NCBI RefSeq assembly: GCF_006345805.1
Contig: NC_043005.1
Coordinates: 31,310,001 to 31,374,000 of the forward strand
DNA from: Octopus sinensis
Taxonomy: Eukaryota
Length of the DNA stretch: 64,000 nt
Direction of reading: 5' to 3'
The position numbers and the translations under genes were made by a program. The notes under the pieces are model-generated. The model was not told where the DNA came from and ran no database searches. It saw only the letters and a list, made by a program, of their open reading frames with translations. This document shows, piece by piece, positions 61,351 to 64,000 of this stretch. Position 1 is the first letter of the stretch; every line of letters starts with the position of its first letter.

Positions 61351-61879
61351 TATCAGAAGGATGTCTTCAGAAATAATAGACTCATAGATACTGAAGTAAT
61401 CGTGATTAAGCACGCAGTGGAAAATGACCTAAATATAAGACATGAAAAACGAAGAATCAGATGAAGACGGTACACGCAAAGGTCTGAAGAAATAAAACAT
61501 TCTAATGAACCTGATAAAGATAACCAGGATAATGGTAGTGAAGCAATATTTGAAGACTATGCTGAAGAACATAGAGAGTCCATCATAAAAATGAATCAGA
61601 AAATAAAATTCTGAATGAGCTTGTAGTTGTAAGACATACATGTATGAGTCATAGAGAACTACCTCATAAATTCTCGAATACAAACCAAAATAAAAAAAAA
61701 CAAAAACAAATTAAAATTGGCAAGTATGTAACAAAAGACATCATACAAGAATAAAACCTTGATCTTATTGAGTTAAATGAAATGATTTATGCATCTGCTA
61801 AAGTAATTGAAAATAGTTGTTTGCTTCGAAAAACAAAGAAAATCTAACTTGGGAAGAAAGCCACGCTGAAAAAAGCCAC

Positions 61880-62030
61880 ACTTGAGCTACGAATGCGTGT
61901 GGCCTAGCAATTAGGTTGTTCGGCTCATAAGTTCGTTAGTTCAGTTAGTAACGCGAGAAGCACGTTATTTCCTTGAGCAAGGAACTTTATTTCATATTTC
62001 TTCCATCCACTAGGCTGTAATGAGTGCCGG
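61880..62030 (+). mobile_element. Decayed SINE (family 3-like)
   Basis: gcgtgtggcctagcaattagg head and tccttgagcaaggaactttatttcat central motif. Confidence 0.5.
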
Positions 62031-62918
62031 CCTGGAGCTGATGCAGCCCTTTCTCTATCTATCACATCCTGGATGTTCTACTAGGTCAAGAGTGAGGGTA
62101 TAGAGGGGTGTCTATGTTTGTCTTCTATGACCTACATGCTTAAAGCAATTAGTGAAAGTATGGTGCATGTTACCAAGCAATGCACTTATCCAGCTGACTT
62201 ACTCATGCATGTGAAACTTTTTACTCTCACATTTGATAAAATTTACTCAGTGGACACATCACATTTCATACACCTATTCCACTTTAATTAACATTTGGAC
62301 AATGTTTGGAACAAGAAATACCACACCCCTCAGAAGATTACAACTATCAATCGCATTTTTACTAAAATGAAAAACAATGTAGTTTACATCAGTTTTTACT
62401 CCATTGGTCGATTTAGTTTGATATATAGTGCAAGCAATGGATAATGTATGGGGTATTTTCTTTGTCCTTGCTGAATATTGAAGATGCACATGTAAACGAC
62501 GTACAACACATAATTGCGAAGTATATGTATAAACGAAAGAAAATATATTGGAATAGCAAAGCTTATTAGATACTTCTCTTTACTGGTGTAATTAATGTGA
62601 CAGAAAACAATCGATAAAACAGTTTTCTTGGCACAAGACTGCTAATTCTACTGACGGAATTGCTTTGTTGTGGCCGAAATGTTACCAGTGTCGGCAGGGA
62701 AAGAGGTAGTGAGGGTATGATCACTAATTAATTCATCATCAAATTCTAAAAGTAAACAATTTAACAACCAATCTATTAGTCTGATCGATGAATTCAAAGT
62801 CTAAGCAGATATCTAAACTCGTGATTGATTTGATCGTGAAGCCGATACCATGCTGAAGACAGCTGTATATAACATCACGTACCTTGAATGTATGTATGTA
62901 TGTATGTATACACACACG

Positions 62919-62991
<73 letters not shown>

Positions 62992-64000
62992 TTGATTAAC
63001 GAGAGACGGAAGATGGAAGGTATGAGAATTTTTATTAATCACTATAATTGTTTCAACTCATCCATCCCTCACGAGTGGAATAATTAACATCTTGTTCAGG
63101 AGCGTCCACTCTCTTCGAGTGATCTAACTCGTTAAAATAACAGCTCCGCAGAGTATCTTCTCAGTTCATGTAAAGAAAAACAGAAACTTAAAGGATATAG
63201 CCTCATTTATGAAGAAAATCAATATGTGACTCATGAGTGCGTTAAAAGATTATCATTAACTATCATACTCGTGTCGTCAAAAATACCGACAGTTTTATTA
63301 AAGACGGAAAACCAACACAATGGGAAAAACCATAGACAAAGGTCAGTAATCTAGTAAATATGTGTATATACACAGAATTGAAGAATCAGATACTGTTATA
63401 CTGTCGCATATTTATATGATCCAGCAACAGCTTTTTAAATATTATTTATATAATATTATTATATTTGGAGACGTCATTTGTTTGCCAATAAACATACGCA
63501 CTATATATTCGTTTTCCACTTAAAATTTATTTTATTACTGTTCACATTGTATGTCCTTTGCCTGAAAATCTTTCGTCACACATCCTGTGACCTCTTCAGT
63601 GACTCTCGTTCCCACGCCTCTCCTCCCGTTCTGTTTAGTCCATTTTATCTTTCTATTGTGTGTCTCCATATTTGCGCATGCATTTGCGTCTGTATCTTTG
63701 TATGTGCGTGCACATGTGCGCGCGCGCATGTACGCCTGTCTATGTGTTCTGTATGCTTGTTTCTTTTGTGTATATCGTTTTGCTTGCAACAGTGTTTGTA
63801 TCTGCGTCCCTTATTTAGTTTTTATCATTTATTTACTTATTTATCTCTCTATTTTCCCTTCCTCTTCGACTTAGGTTATGTGTATGTGTGCCTTTTGTGT
63901 GTGTATATGAGTTTATGTATTATACGGTTTGAATCTGTCTTTTCCCCCATTCCAATTTTAGTCGTCATGTTTCATAGTGTAGCGGTGGGAGTGGTACTGT

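Noticed and set aside
63225-63295. Possible decayed hammerhead (TGACGA...actcatgagtc on the minus strand)
   Set aside because: C3 and GAAA are missing and stems are not convincing.

Overview
Eukaryotic, AT-rich, microsatellite-dense DNA that is almost entirely transposon-derived. The two tRNA-type SINE families and the repeat content resemble an octopus (cephalopod) genome; this is inference from pattern recognition. I found no confident host gene. Retroelement content: R4/Dong-like (RT plus REL endonuclease), RTE, Penelope-like (RT/GIY-YIG), Tx1/L1-clade and CR1/Jockey-like remnants, and a deleted Ty3/gypsy gag-protease fragment. There are also two mariner relics, a long-TIR element and many SINEs. 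Two systems stand out. (1) Hammerhead ribozymes (HHR): a 540-546 bp tandem array (36.4-38.8 kb) carries an intact type I core in every unit and ends in an inverted copy, a retrozyme-like layout. Several unrelated HHR motifs sit elsewhere, mostly in inverted repeat pairs. (2) At least five copies of an ORF1-only ('half-Tx1', HAL1-like) retroelement. One copy is bounded by a target-site duplication. The copies form nested and head-to-tail arrays and share a 3' tail with an RT-encoding Tx1 fragment, a SINE family and a chimeric unit carrying gypsy gag-protease. All calls are by-eye reading with no database searches; coordinates marked ~ are approximate.
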